From Felis catus (Eukaryota): DNA of 64,000 nt. The notes beneath the pieces were generated by a model. That model did not search any database and had not been told where the DNA came from. It saw only the letters and a program-made list of their open reading frames with translations. Where the stretch lies: contig NC_058368.1 of the NCBI RefSeq assembly GCF_018350175.1, positions 36,458,001-36,522,000 on the forward strand, given 5' to 3'. Below are positions 39,660 to 53,663 of the stretch, piece by piece. The first letter of the stretch is position 1; every line of letters begins with the position of its first letter. The position numbers and the translations under genes are program-made.

Positions 39660-41160
39660 ATTTTTTAGTATACTGTTTTGCCTCCTATATTGACCTTTAT
39701 TATACCTTTTAGTGTCATTTTAAAAATGGCTGCTCTTCAAGAGATTTCGGTATGAATCTTTACGTTATCATAGTTTACCTTCAAATAATAATAACTTCAT
39801 GAACACTGTAAGAATTTTATAGCAGTGTAATTTTATTTATCCCAGCCTGCCCGTTGTTCTGTTTTTTTCATGTATGTATCCTTCACAGTATTTTTATTAT
39901 TTCACTTTAAGCAATCTGTAGAGTTAAAGAAATTTACATATGTATGTAAAGGTATTTTAAAAGATTTTGTGTATTTACATACATATTTACCATTTCAGAT
40001 GCTTTTAATTCTTTCCTATGGTTTCATCTTGTATTATTTTGCTTATGACTAATAACTTCTGTTAGTATTTCTTATATTGTGTCTCTGCTAGTGGTAAATT
40101 CTCTCAGCTGTTTCCTTTTTGAAAGATATTTTTTCTGGATATAGATTTATAGGTTGACTTTTTTCCTATTTCAGTACTTTTAAGATGTGGCTTTATTTAA
40201 TTCTGGAATGAATTGTTTCTGAAGACAAGTTAGTGGAAATTCTTACATTTTTCCTCAATACGTACTGTGTCTTTATTCTCTCACTGCTATTAATTTTTTT
40301 TTTTTTTACACTGTTTTTCACTATCAGTTTGAATGTGATGTGCCTTGCTGTGGTTTTCTTTATATTTGATCTGTTTGGGGTTTGTTGAGCTTTTTCATCT
40401 GTGGTTTGGTATCTTTGATCCGTTTTAGAAATTATGTAGACACTATTTTTTTATATGTTCTCCTTCATTTTCTCTTTTATTTCTTTTTAGAGCACTACTG
40501 ACACTCCATATTATTAGCTTCTGTTATCTTGGATTTTCCATTCTGTTAACTCTTCACTTTTTTTTTTTTTAATAATTTAGCTACTCCTTTTTATCTAATG
40601 TTCAATTTCACCAATCCTTTACTCTTTTATGTCTGCTATAAAGCCTATTTATTGAATTTATTTCTGATCCTGTATTTTTCATTTTTAGCATTTCTATTTT
40701 TTATTGTTTACCTATCCTTTGAAATTCCTCATCTCTTCCTGCTTATTGTTCAATTTTTCCATACCTTTTTATTTATAGTGCCTACCAGTTTTGACATTTG
40801 ACTCACCTCTATTCTGTTTTTTTTTATTTCATCTTAAAAAAATTTTTTTTAATTTATTTATTTTTGAGAGAGAGAGACAGAGTGTGAGCAGGGGAAGGGC
40901 AGAGAGAGGGAGACACAAAATCTGAAGTAGGCTGCAGGCTCGGAGCTGTCAGCACAGATCCCGACGCGGGGCTCGAACCCACAAACCGTGAGATCGTGAC
41001 CTGAGCTGAAGTCGGACATTTAACCGACTGAGCCACCCAGGTGCCCAAACTATTTTATCTTTTGATTGTTACAATCTATTTTTGCTTTATGGTATGCCAT
41101 CTAATTTTTTATTGCATTGTTTTTGTATAAAACAGCTGTAGAGAATGAAACAAATAATAC
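39660..41160 (-). mobile_element. Ancient L1 5'/ORF1 remnant, antisense
   Basis: aaattctctcagc, gaaagatattttttctggatatag, tgatgtgccttgctgtggttttctt motifs. Confidence 0.7.
40835..41047 (-). mobile_element. Can-SINE
   Basis: Reverse SINE body. Confidence 0.93.
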
Positions 41161-43665
41161 TCATTCCCATGCCCTTCTTCTAGATATGCAGTGAGGAGGG
41201 ATGAGTTAATCAAATTTGTGGTTATTGTGGCTTTTTTTTTTTTTTCTTCAGTTTTAATTTGTGGCAAATCACCACTAGTTCAGTTGCTTTGAGGATAGGG
41301 TCACAACTTTCTCTTTGATAGGACCTGGGATCTGAACACTGGCAGATTCCAAGGATCTGCTCTTCACAGTTAAGCTGCCATCTTTAAAACTGTGGGAGAT
41401 CTGTTTCTCTCCGTTTTGCTGCCTTATCAGACTCATGATTCACGTTCTGCTTTTTGTGCCTCTTTCAGCCTTGTTGCATGTTTCTTCTATTAAAGCCTGG
41501 AGTGCCTTGGAATGGTTTCTTTCAGCTTCTACCTTACTCCCTATAGTTGAAAACTTGGCATACCTGGAGATTCAGGAGTGGGGAAAGGTGGGGGGAGATG
41601 AGAAGTTCTTTCTTCTCTCCTGCCCTGCCATAGTCCTTTGTAGCTGAAAGCCTGATGTGTTCAGAGGTTACCTCTCAGATTTCCTGTTCTAGAATTATTC
41701 TTCTGTAGCTAGAAGTCCATTGTGCCTCCGACAGACTTCTCTCCCTCGTTCTCTTTCTCTCTCTCTCCGTCTCTTTTTTCTGGTCCCAGCTTTTGGCCTA
41801 CAATACCTGAGCACTTGGTGAAGACTGGTGTGACATGGCACAGATGGTCCTTGGGTGTCTAATCTGTGAGACCAGACTACATGTGGCTATAAAGTTTGTT
41901 ACAAGTCTAGCTGATTTCTCCTTGCTCAGAGGGTTAAATTCCTTTTACTTCACCAGGGATGGAATCACTGTGGATCTCTTCTCTCCTGTGAAGGACGAGT
42001 CACTGTCTGGAGTTTAATCCCCAGCAGTTTCTTTGTGGCTTCAGTTCTCTAATGGGTTTAAAAACCTATGAATTCGTTGTTTTACCAGTTTGCTTTGGTT
42101 GAACGGTTGAGAGTAATGGTCTCTTGCCACTTTGTGGAGCTGCTTCTCTTCTTGATATTTCTAATTTCATAAAACTTCCTCTCTTCATGGTGAGAAAAAT
42201 GTGGAATTAATAACCAATGAATCATTCTTCTCTTGATTTTGGGTACCTTTATAACTTCATTCAGTATAACAAGTTTGGTGCACTTGAGGTAGAATATTGA
42301 CTGTCTACTCTTAATTTAAAATAACAGAAGCTAGCTCGTTACCCTAGACTGTTACCGAGCAAAGAAAGGTTCCTTTGAGTGCGCCTTGATGATCGTGACA
42401 TGGAACTTCTGAATTGGAAACTACATGGTCTTGTAGCCCGGCTCCTTTATTTCCCCCACGGGAAAATATCGCTGTGTTCTAGCTGGCCACAATGAGGTTG
42501 CGTGTAATTCCTGGTAGTCTAGCTAGTACACTTTCATTTGTCTTTAGTGCAATGTTTTTATTCTTTACATTTCCACTTTGTAATCTTCAGTCTGCTCTGG
42601 CTATCCTTATTTTTCTTTTTTTCCCCCAGACATTAATTTGAATTTTAAAATGTTTACAAAGACAGATTATTTCTCTGGGGTTCTAATTATTTGTATTTGT
42701 TTCTCCTGTAACATAAATGGGATCATACATATAAATGGATTTGAAGTGTGTTACAGTGGCATTAACTAAAACTCTTGATATTACTGTGTATGTAGTTCAT
42801 TATTTAATTAAAATATAGATTAGTAGTCATGAATAATGCCTTTCTTTGAATTATTTTATGCAACAGAATATACTTCTTCATAAAAATTGGACTTTGATAT
42901 TAATTTTTGAGATACGGGATTCCAATACAAATAATTTCAGTTTATTTTAATTATAAAAATGAAAAGCTAACCATTTCAAATATGTAATAAACAGTTAGCC
43001 ATGAATGACTACTTGTTGAATCAGAGAAAGATAAAAAGATAAAATGCGGTCTTCCAGGAATAGGTGCCACCACAAGTTTTGTTTGATATTTTTATGAATG
43101 ACAGATAAATGGAGATAAAATAATATGGGGGATTATTATGACAATTAAATGACATTATGTATCAAATAATTAGGATGATATCTGGCATTTAAAGGTACAG
43201 TATTTGCTTGTCATTGTCATAATAATTGTTATTACCATCATCATCATTTTTATCCCCTCCCCATCTTTGTTTCTTTCTGCCTGTTCTGATGATTACTATC
43301 ATATTCTACACACACATTCTTATTACTTTGCACTTAAACTTGTGTGATAGAATTTATTTATACTTTTTAGACTAGTCTACCTAAAGCAGAACTTTTAATC
43401 AGGACACTGCCTAATTCAAGAATATCTTTTCATTGCTCATATGGTCAAACCTTTCTTTTATTTAACTTATTATTACTCACTTAACTTACTCAAAATTTGT
43501 AGTAGGTTTTTTTAAATTAAATATTTGTTGAATAAATTTAATCAATGGTTCTATTATAGCATTTATAAGATTAGATTACAGTGAAAATTCAGTATATGAA
43601 CGGTTGATGATACTGTTCTGTTTTTATTTATGTAAATAATATTTCTTATAAAAGATACTCATTGA

Positions 43666-44113
43666 TTTAAAAAAAAATTAACATTTATTTTTGAGAGAAA
43701 GAGAGCATGAGTGGGAGAGGGGCAGAGGGAGAGGGAGACACAGAATGTGAAGCAGGCTCCAGGCTCTGAGCTGTTAGCACAGAGCTCGACATGGGGATCG
43801 AACTCAACCAGTTGTAAGATCATGACTTGAGCTGAAGTCAAACGCCCAACTGACTGAGCCACCCAGGCACCCCAGATACTCATTGATTTTTTTTTTTTTT
43901 ACTTTTTTTTAATGTTTATTTATTTCTGAGACAGAGAGAGACAGAACATGAGCGGGGGAGGGACAGAGAGAGAGGCAGACACAGAATCCCAAGCAGGCTC
44001 CAGGCTCTGAGCTGTCAGCACAGAGCCCCACACGGGGCTCGAACTCACAAACCCTGAGATCATGACCTGAGCTGAAGTCGGTCGCTCAACCGACTGAGCC
44101 ACCCAGGCACTCC
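43666..44113 (-). mobile_element. Two Can-SINEs (~43666-43873, ~43890-44113) separated and flanked by three copies of one TSD
   Basis: atactcattgattt at 43655-43668, 43876-43889 and 44115-44128. Confidence 0.94.
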
Positions 44114-44765
44114 TATACTCATTGATTTTTATCAATTGCCTAAAATTTATATCAAAGTATTATATGCTTATAGCTAAAAAAAACCACCAAAGGATACTGA
44201 AGGACTTAACAATGAAAACCGTAGTTCCTGCTCCTCTGTCTCTCCCCTTCCCCCATCCTACTTTAATTCTTAAATATTTCTGATGGTTATTTTCCTCCTT
44301 GAGAATAATAAGCCTTTATCAAGCTGTTTTGACTTTATAAATTTTAAATTTGTATATATTTTTCTTATATTTATCTGTTGACTCATGGGATAGATGAATA
44401 TTTAGCCTATGCTACTACTTGTCTACCCTCCCTAATAAATTTAATGTTATTTTTTAGAAGCCTATCGCTTGCCCCACTTCTTATCTGTATTTTTCCAGTG
44501 TCAAGATAGATCATATGTACATTTTGTCATGTAACCATAATTAAGTCTTCCATAGCTATTATACTGGCTGACACTGTGGCCACAATTAAATTCATAGTGT
44601 TTCTATTATTGTGACTGTAAATTTTCTTTACAGAAAATCATGTAAATAGCTCTGATATTTTCTTTCTTATATAGTTTTTTGTACTTCCTGGAGTTTCTAT
44701 TTGCCATTATTACTTATTTACTTTTTTTACATTGCTTGCTTTATCTATTTTTCAGTTCTTTTAGA

Positions 44766-44971
44766 TAGTGGTTCTCAATGGCAGTTTTCCCAACACCCCC
44801 ACCCCCATGACATTTGGTAATGTCTGGAGACATTTTTGGTTGTCACAACTCAAGGAGTGTCACTGGCATCTAGAGCCTAGGAATGCTGTTAAACATCCTA
44901 CACTGCACAGGACAGCCCTCTACAACAAAGAATTACCCAACCCCAAGTGTTAATATGTAAGGTTGAGAAAC
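44766..44971. mobile_element. MER20 (hAT-Charlie)
   Basis: agtggttctcaa...gacatttttggttgtcacaac...aaacatcctacactgcacaggacagccc...ggttgagaaac. Confidence 0.92.
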
Positions 44972-45846
44972 AAAAATAATCACATGTGAGGAATGCCTTC
45001 TTCTCCTTGTTTTTCCCACCTTGGGCAGCTCCTTCTGAAGTGTTTCCTCCTTTTTCTAGTCTGAAGTGAATTTTTTTTTTTTTTTTTTTTTTTTTAGTTC
45101 TGCTGTGCATCTCTCTTTTGAGATTTCAATTTATCATTTTCTTGTATTGGGTTCACTTTCTGGTTCCATTTTCTTTCTTAGTTTTTTTTCCATTTTTTTA
45201 TTAGGCCATACCCTTATGTAATTTAATTTGCTATGAATGGATGGATAAAAGTAAATTTTCTTAGGCATTCCATGTCTGAAACTATATTTATTTTGCCCTC
45301 ACACCTGAATGATATTTTGGATAGGTGTAGAATTATAAGTAGAAATCGTTTTCTTGAAGGCATTAATTAGAAAAAGTCTGATGCCAGCCTCATTCATATT
45401 TCTTCTTCCTTTTTCCTTCTTCCTTTTTATTTGCTGACTGTAAGTTTGTTAGAATCCTCTTTTTATATCCCTGGTATCTTGAAAATTTACAGTTAAGTAT
45501 CTGGGTACTTTCCCCCCTCCCCCATTTATTGTATTGGGAACTTTTTTACTAGGTTATTTCATTATTTGTATCTTTAGCTTTGGGAAATTCTCTTATATTT
45601 TTTCCTTGCCAGTTTCCTCAATACTCTTCTCTTTCTACAACCTTTATTTAGATATGTGTCTGACCGTCTGGATTTTGTCTTTAAGTTCTCTTCTTTTTGG
45701 CAGTAAATAAAGCAATTTAAAAAAATTTAAAAATTTTCCTGATAAAGAAGATGTCTCAGGTAGAAGTTCCCTTTGACTCATATCTTAGTCATATCTCCTT
45801 CTTTCCTTTTTCAGAAGCAACCGTACTATGATTTTGGCACATATTC

Positions 45847-46069
45847 TTTTTTAAAAATTTTTTTTAATGCTTATTATTTATTTTTGAGAAAGAGAGCATG
45901 AGTGCGAGTGGGGGGTGAGCAGAGAGAGAGGGAGACACAGAATCCAAAACAGGCTCCAGGCTCTGAGCTGTCAACACACAGCCCAACGCGGGGCTCGGAC
46001 CCATGAACTGCGAGATCATGACCTGAGCCGAAGTCAGATGCTTAACCGATTGAGCCACCCAGGCATCCC
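45847..46069 (-). mobile_element. Can-SINE
   Basis: TSD gcacatattcttt / gcatatattcttt. Confidence 0.93.
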
Positions 46070-46224
46070 TGCATATATTCTTTAAGGTCATTAAAGAATA
46101 CATTGACCTTTATGTGTACATAAATAATATGTAGGATTGCTTAGTGAATAATTTAAGAATTTATGTAGTTATTGTTTCACATCTTACTCTTTCTGTCCTC
46201 TGTCCATGCTGGTATACAAACATC

Positions 46225-46340
46225 TATTTGTAAGCTCCCTGAAGGCAAAGACTTTGTCTTGCTCATTGTGGAATCCCCAGCACCTAGAACAGTATCTGGC
46301 ATATGGCTGGGCCTCAATACACATTTCTTAAGTGAGTCAA
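46225..46340 (+). mobile_element. L2 3' end
   Basis: tgtaagctccctgaaggcaaagactttgtc...ccccagcacctagaacagtatctggcatat. Confidence 0.85.
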
Positions 46341-47517
46341 TATAGTTTGTTTTTAATTGCTATGTAGTAGTAAACTGTGTGAATGTACTGCATATCATGT
46401 TTTTTTTATTCCTTCCCACACAGATTGACAATTTAGGTCATTTCTGATTTTCATGCTTCTTCTTATAAAAGTGTTGTGAAGCACCCTTATATGCTGCATC
46501 TCTTTGTACTTGTGTTTCAGATTTTTATCAAGATTGCTTACCTAGAGTGGGATGGTTGGGTTGTGGGAAATATGTTTAAAACTTTTAACTTTTAAAATCA
46601 TGGTTTTGAAACAAGTGCTTGCTATTTTTCCTTTTTTTTTTTGTTGTTTTTTTTTGTGTTTTTTTTGTTTTTCTTTTCTTTGAGTGCTCTGCATCCTGGG
46701 GCTTTAGTTTTACATTATTCTTTCTTGGAGACTGTGAGCTTTTCAGAATGGTAATCTACAGCCCAGGATCCAGTCATGCCTGACACTTGAAAGAGTTAAC
46801 CTTTGATTTTAAGTTATGTTAGCCAATTATTTCTCCTTTTAAAAAAATGATTTTTATCGAGGTACACTTTACAAAGCTTAAAATTAACTATTTGAAAGTG
46901 AACAATTCAGTAGTTCTTTTACTTTTTTCTCTTATCTTGTATTTTTTTGTTTTACTTCCTGAGAGACTTCCTAGACATTTTCCAAACTTGCTTTTGGGTT
47001 TTTAATTTTGACAAGTATTTTAATTTCTAGGAATTCCCCTTTTTAAAATATTTTTTTTTATAACACTCTGCTCTTTTATGGAGTCTTCTTTTATGGATGC
47101 TTTAATATGTTTCATGGTGTTTTGTTTTTCTTTGATCTTTTGACTCTAAGGGAAGTAATCAGAGATCCTTTCCTCTTCTGAATTATTTCTGTTTCCTCTA
47201 GTGCCATTTTTTTCTGTTCGTAGTTCTTGGTCTGTGTTTCATGTTATAGACTTTTCCCATTTATCTTTGGTATTTGGTTATTAGTTCTTACTTTAAAATG
47301 AGCCAGGAGAAAAACTGTATACCTGGGAGGGACTCTTTCTGAAAGGCTTTGCTCTGGAGTGACAAAATGGATTACTTAATAACTCAGTTTAGGACCTATA
47401 AATGCTAGAATGGGATGAACTTGTTTATTCCCTGGTACTCAGTGTCTGTACTTGCTATCTTAGTTCTTCCCAAAGAGACTCTGGCTTCTTTAAAGAAAAA
47501 CCTTCTATTATATGTTT

Positions 47518-47670
47518 CTTTTCCTTTCCTTTCCTTTCCTTTCCTTTCCTTTCCTTTCCTTTCCTTTCCTTTCCTTTCCTTTCCTTTCCTTTCCTTTCCT
47601 TTCTTTTGTCTTGTCTTGTCTTGTCTTGTCTTGTCTTGTCTTGTCTTTTTACTTGTTTGTTTGTTTGTTT
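47518..47670. repeat. Compound microsatellite (TTTCC)n-(TTGTC)n-(TTTG)n
   Basis: Seen directly; ~16 TTTCC, ~8 TTGTC and ~4 TTTG units. Confidence 0.97.
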
Positions 47671-48584
47671 TATATGGCAAACACCTGGCTGCCACAGTTC
47701 GAGTGTATGCCATCGAGTACGGACAGAGGAGTAAGAAAATGTCAGCCAGTTTTCTCCTCTACTGTTTCCCCCTCTACTGTTTCCCCCTTCCTCTTATTCC
47801 TCTGTTTATCTGCAGCTCAGACAACTCTTTTAACGTCTGCTGCCCACAAGGCATGTCCATTTGGCTGTCTGGCAGACACATCAGAGCCAACCTGCCCCAA
47901 ACTGAATTCATCATCTTTCCCCCAAAACTGCTTCTCACTCTTAACTCTCACCATCCATCCTCACTTTCCTTATTTCCCCTGACTCACCAGCTACCACTAT
48001 AGAATTTCATCTCTAAATGCCTCTTGCCTCTTGCTGGTTATCTATACCCTCCTTGTCACTGCCCTGTTCTAGGCTATCTTCATCTCTGATTTGGATTGAT
48101 GTAGTAGCTTCCTAGTCAGTGTCTCAGACTTTAATATTGTTCCCCCAGTCTGATTTTCTATTGTATGCAGTCAAAAACATTCCTAGCTGATCCACATGAG
48201 AGTTAGAAAAAGAAGAGGTCTGAGGAAAGTACCTTTTTTTTTTTTTTTTTCCCCAAAAGCAAGGCTTCTCACAATATTATCCTGAACGTGAAAATTCAAG
48301 TTTTGCTGTGGCATGATGAGGTCCTTTCAGAGAGATGGTGGAAGAACCAGAGGGAAAGGAGCAGCAGGCCTGGAAAGGTGGAACTCTAGTTGTTGGAAGC
48401 TGAAGAAGGTATATTTTGGCTTTAGAAGTCTTTAATGACTCAGACCTAGATGGGACATTAAAGATGATCTCTTCTAATTCTCTTAGTTTATATGTGATTA
48501 ACCTGACAGCAATGTGAGTTCCTTATCTCAGGTCACACAGGTTTTGAACTTTGACATTTTTTTACTCTGGGTTTAGTGTAGGTA

Positions 48585-48822
48585 CTCAGAGTATAAACTG
48601 GGGCCAGACTCCTGGGATTAGTATGCCAGCTCTATTTGTAAGCTATGTGTCCATGAGCAAGTTTCACCAAGCTCTTTGTATTTGAGGTTCCTTATCTGTA
48701 AGATGAATAATGCTAGTATATACCTCATAGAATTGTTGTGAGGACTCAATAAGTTCATATGCACAAAGCACTTAGAACGGTGTAAGCACATAACACATAC
48801 TAAATAGTGTTAGCTGCTGTTA
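48585..48822 (+). mobile_element. MIR
   Basis: ttccttatctgtaagatg...acctcatagaattgttgtgaggac...aaagcacttagaac. Confidence 0.88.
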
Positions 48823-49214
48823 TATATTAATGTAAAGCATCCCGAGTTTCATTGGCCTAACTTATATAACTGTGTCACTTAATATTTTCATTTTATAATA
48901 CAAGAAAATAGCTATGGTGCTATAATATGTTCTCCATGTGTTACAAGGATTACAGTGTACCCCTGGTATCGGTGAAGGATATGGCCTGATTCCTTGTGAA
49001 TACCACTGTAGAGTATTGAAAAGTTGCCCTGAGACGTGGATATGTGGTGGTTGGCAGAATTCTTCTGTGACTCATTCCTGTAAAGCAGCCATTCAGCAGA
49101 TGTGCTTCAAATTTGTGACTGAGCAGAACTACACGTTACTATGTTGAGACTTTTAGGGGTACTTACAAATAGTGTTAAATCCTCATACTAATATGTTAAT
49201 ATAAAGTATGTTCT

Positions 49215-49337
49215 GGGGCACCTTGGTGGCTCAGTTGGTTAAGCGTCTGACTCTTGATCTCAGCTTAGGTCTTGGTTTCAGGGTCGTGAATTCATTGGGC
49301 TCTGCACTGGGCATGAAGTCTACTCAAAAAAAAAAAA
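49215..49337 (+). mobile_element. Short older Can-SINE lacking the CT tract
   Basis: tRNA-like head followed directly by A12. Confidence 0.85.
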
Positions 49338-49672
49338 CCATTCATGTATATATGTGTGTGTGTATGTGTGTGTGTGTGTGTGTGTATGGATGTTCTGAGG
49401 AATTAAATGGCAAAGTTAGGTTCCCTCATCTAATTAACTCTGTATTTAAAAAAAATAGAAAAGCAAACAGGTTGTTGATTGTAGGACTTTTCAAATCATT
49501 TACTATTTTAGGTTAGCTTCTCTTATGACTTTCTTAAAAGGCAATATGGTAAATAGCCAGACTTATTTGGTCTTGAGATTGGTTGTTTTGGCAAATGGTG
49601 ATCTACTGGATTTTGTAGAACAATAATCAATTGCGTTAGAATTGTATTAACATGGCTCAATTATAAGTGAGA

Positions 49673-49902
49673 TTTTTTTTTTAATTTTTTTTTTTACATT
49701 TATTTATTTTTGAGAGGCAGAGAGAGATAGACTGTGAGTGGGGAGGGACAGAGAAAGAAGGAGACACAGAATCCAAAGTAGGCTCCAGGCTCTGAGCAAG
49801 CTGTGAGCCCAGAGCCCGATGCAGGGCTTGAACCCATGAACCATGAGATCATGCCCTGAGCTGAAGTCAGATGCCTAACCGACTGAGCCACCCAGGTGCC
49901 CT
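49673..49902 (-). mobile_element. Can-SINE
   Basis: Reverse SINE; short TSD tgagat. Confidence 0.92.
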
Positions 49903-50371
49903 GAGATCTTCTTTTATTAAGGTAGATGATGTAAGAAATTTCATCTTTGTCAAATAAGAAAACTGCGAGTTGAGAAAGGTATAAAATTAACAAATAATAC
50001 CTTATTTACTTATCACAGACTTTATGATGCTGTATGCCAGTTTAACCTCACAATTGTGGAATGTATTACTGATGCTACAGTTTGCATATAGAACATACTT
50101 TTGACTACTATAATTTGCCTATCTTACAACTCTGATCTTTTTTGCACTCATGCAAGGTTTACCATTCACAGAAATGACTGATAATTAGTTGTGTTCTTTC
50201 TAATCTCAGTTGATGATACCACTTTCTCCTAAGAGCCTACGCTGATCTTTCCATGCAAACTTAACTGCCTCATTCATCTTACTCATACCAGGTACATTGG
50301 AACAGTTTTGTTTCTTTTTATTATAGCTTTTTGTTTTCATGTCTACCAGTTCACTGGACCATGGACTGTTC

Positions 50372-50429
50372 TTTTTTTTTTTTTTTTTTTTTTTGAGAGA
50401 GCGAGAGAGAGAAGGAGAAAATGGGGGAG

Positions 50430-50476
<47 letters not shown>

Positions 50477-50602
50477 CTCAAGCAGGCTCTGCGCTGTCAG
50501 TGCAGAGCCCAATGTGGGGCTGGAACTCACAAACTGTGAGATCATGACCTAAGCCGAAATCAAGAATCAGATGCTTAACTGACTAAGCCACCCACGCTTC
50601 CC
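50372..50602 (-). mobile_element. Can-SINE with long (GA)n
   Basis: TSD tggaccatggact / tggaccatagact. Confidence 0.93.
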
Positions 50603-51989
50603 TGGACCATAGACTTATTCAAGATGGGTCTGAGCTTTTACCTTTGTATTATTTGTAGTGCCAAATAAGTCCCAAATAAAAATTTTGCTGAGGGAAGGAA
50701 AAAAATAATTCAGGAGACTGAATTAGCTCTAAAGAAACTTTAAAAAAGTTTTGTTAGTGTTTTTGGTCCTGTAAAAGTCCAAATTCTTGTAACCTAATTT
50801 CTGCAACCTGATTTACATGAGTGCTGTTACACACACTAGAAACTATATTTGTGTCTATATTCATTGGCAATGAAGTTTCAGGTTTTTTGACAGATAAAAT
50901 AACAAGGTTTGAGTCTTTATTTAACATTACCTGCAGGATGAATGTACTGCCAAAATATGGGTTTCATATTTTCTAAATTATGGAAGTTAAAAAAATAGAT
51001 TCACAAAATACAATTTTGTCCATGTACAGTTTTTTGTATAGACATGTTTTTAAAATAATACTTCCCCAAATACCCTTACCTGTTGCCAGTTTGACTTTTA
51101 TTCATTTTAGGATTATTATTAACATGTGTTTAATAGAAATGTACATATTTAGTTATTTGTTACTATTATATGATTAAATATCATCTTTTTCATGTGTACA
51201 TCTTGTGTGGGAAGCATGTTTTTACTGGAAAAGATGATGGCCTTGTCTTATAAATGTTCAGATTTTATAATCTGTAGTAGTTCCTGATTTTTATATGTCA
51301 GATATTATAAAAAATGCTTTTACTGCCCTTTTAAAATTAAGAGTCATATCAAGGCTTTTCTCGTGATGAAATTAATGAAGATGTAACTATTACATGACAC
51401 GTGCTGTTTCTGGACAATCCACACACATGAGAATGAATACATTGATATATAAATATAAAATCATGAGTTTATCCTGAAACTTCTATTTCTAGTACAACAC
51501 CAGAGGTTTATTTCTAGCCGTCTACCATCTATATTTGTATCTCCCTTCTCCAACAGTGAGAACCCTGACTTCCTAACATCATCAGTATATTTCCTCATTT
51601 GTTCAGAGTAGTTTTAGAGTTGCTACATCACTGTGGAAAAAGAAACCTACTAGAATTCAAGATTTGTTTAGAGTTTCTAATGTTTAATTTAAATGTTTAA
51701 TTTCTTGTTTACTTGGTTAGTTTATTTTGGTGTGGTTACAGTATTAATTAACATATAGATCATTTATTTCTGTTTGTATTTAATTTTAGGCTCATATCTT
51801 GCTAAGTTTTATATTTTGAATGTATTATTATTTCCAATAACAAAAAAGCTGTGAGGCAGCTCTGGTTATTGTAAAGACTGGACTAAGGATTCAAAGGCTT
51901 TTGTTTTGTCTAGTGTTGCTACTTTCTGTGTATCATTAATAAATTAGCAAACTTATCTGAAATTCTGGTTCCTCTCTTCTATGTCTCTC

Positions 51990-53450
51990 CCTTTTTATGT
52001 TTACTAAGGTATTGTTTACATACAATTAAACTTGCCAATTTTAAGAGTGCAGTTTGATGGAATTTTAATATATGCAGTTGTGTAAATGGATTTTTCACCT
52101 TTCAGCTCCTTTGTATTTGATACCCTTCCTCACCCCAACTCTGAGCACACTCTGATCTGCTTTCTGTCAATAATTTTGCTTTTTCTAAAATTTCATCTAA
52201 ATGGAATCACACCGTGTAGTCTTTTGTATGTTGCCTTCTTTCACTTGAGATCATGTTTTTGAGATTCAGTCATGCCATTATGTGTGTTTTTATTTTGTTT
52301 GTTTTCATAGTGGTATAAGTATGTTACAATTTTAATAAAGTCCATTTATCAGTTGATGGACTTTTGGGATCCTACAGTTTTTGCTGTTATAAATAATGAT
52401 GCTTTAAACAGTCATGTACACACTTTTGTGTACTATCATTTCTCTTTTGCATTATTTTTATAGTGGTTTTCCTAAGGAGTATAGTATATGATATCCTTAA
52501 CTTTTCATACTGCATTTATTGTTAATAATGTACTACTTTATGTAAAATATAGACATGTTGCAGCATCTGTCTTATAATTCACTTAACTTTTTCCACTGTG
52601 CTTATCGTGCTGTTAATTCCATTTTATTTCACAAATAGTTTTCCATTCTAGAACTTTAACTTGATTCTTTAATTGTTTCTGTCTCTGCTGAAACATCATC
52701 TCTCTGCATTGAAAGCATTTTTTCTTAATTGAGAATAGTTATAACATTTATTTTAATGTTCTTATATTTTAGTTCCAACATTTGGTTCATCTTGGGATCA
52801 AATTTGATAAATTTTATTTTTTTCTAGAGAATGTGTTTTATTTTTTGGTTCCTTGGTTCTTTGTATGTTTGGTCATTTTGGATTGTTTTCTGGGTATTAT
52901 GGGTTGTTAAGTGGTGGAGATTTTGGTTCCGTTGCTTTTTACTGATGATATTGTTTCCTAAGTTGTAGATGGCATTTTTTTTTTTTTTTTTTTTTTTTGG
53001 CTGGGCATGAACTGAAGACTCTTCATTTGTGCAGCAATTCCATTCGTCGTTCAAATCTTTTGTCTTGAGCTGGTTTGCCATGAGTCTTTTCTGCACATGG
53101 GTTGTTCAGAGGTTGTCAGAGAGGTGGGTAGACAGAGCCTATAGATCCCCTTTCTGGGTTTGTCTCTTGCCTGGTTCTCCCACACCCTTCAGTGCTCCTG
53201 GTTTCCTTACTTCCTTTTTCTGTTCCCCAGAGCAGAAAGATTGTTGATATGTCCTTGTGCACACTTGCTTCTGGACTGCCAATGAACTGCACTCTGACCT
53301 GGGCTTAAAGCACCAAAGACCATAAGGTGCTTGTAGCTCCCTGTCTTCCACATCCAAGTGAGCATGCATTTCCCAGTATTTTCTGCTCACTTTGTAGTAG
53401 CTTTAGTTGATTTTTGTTTGTTTGTTTGTTTGTTTGTTTTCAGCTTTTTC
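51990..53450 (-). mobile_element. Old antisense L1 fragments (3' end ~51990-52450; 5'-type sequence beyond)
   Basis: ctgatctgctttctgtc, aaatggaatcac, cagttgatggac motifs. Confidence 0.65.
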
Positions 53451-53541
53451 TTGCAGGGGACTGAGGGTGTCATACTGCCAATAGGTTCTTACTCCATCAT
53501 ACCTAGAACTGGTACTTTAGACATCATATATTGATCCCTCT

Positions 53542-53607
53542 CTTTTTTTTTCTTTTTAGGTTCATTTTGTGAGATAGCGCATGAGCAGGGGAGGGGCAGA
53601 GAGAGAT

Positions 53608-53663
<56 letters not shown>

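Noticed and set aside
47402..48002. ORFs of 102-195 aa with FPFLS / LVLSC repeats
   Set aside because: Produced by the pentamer microsatellite plus L2-like sequence
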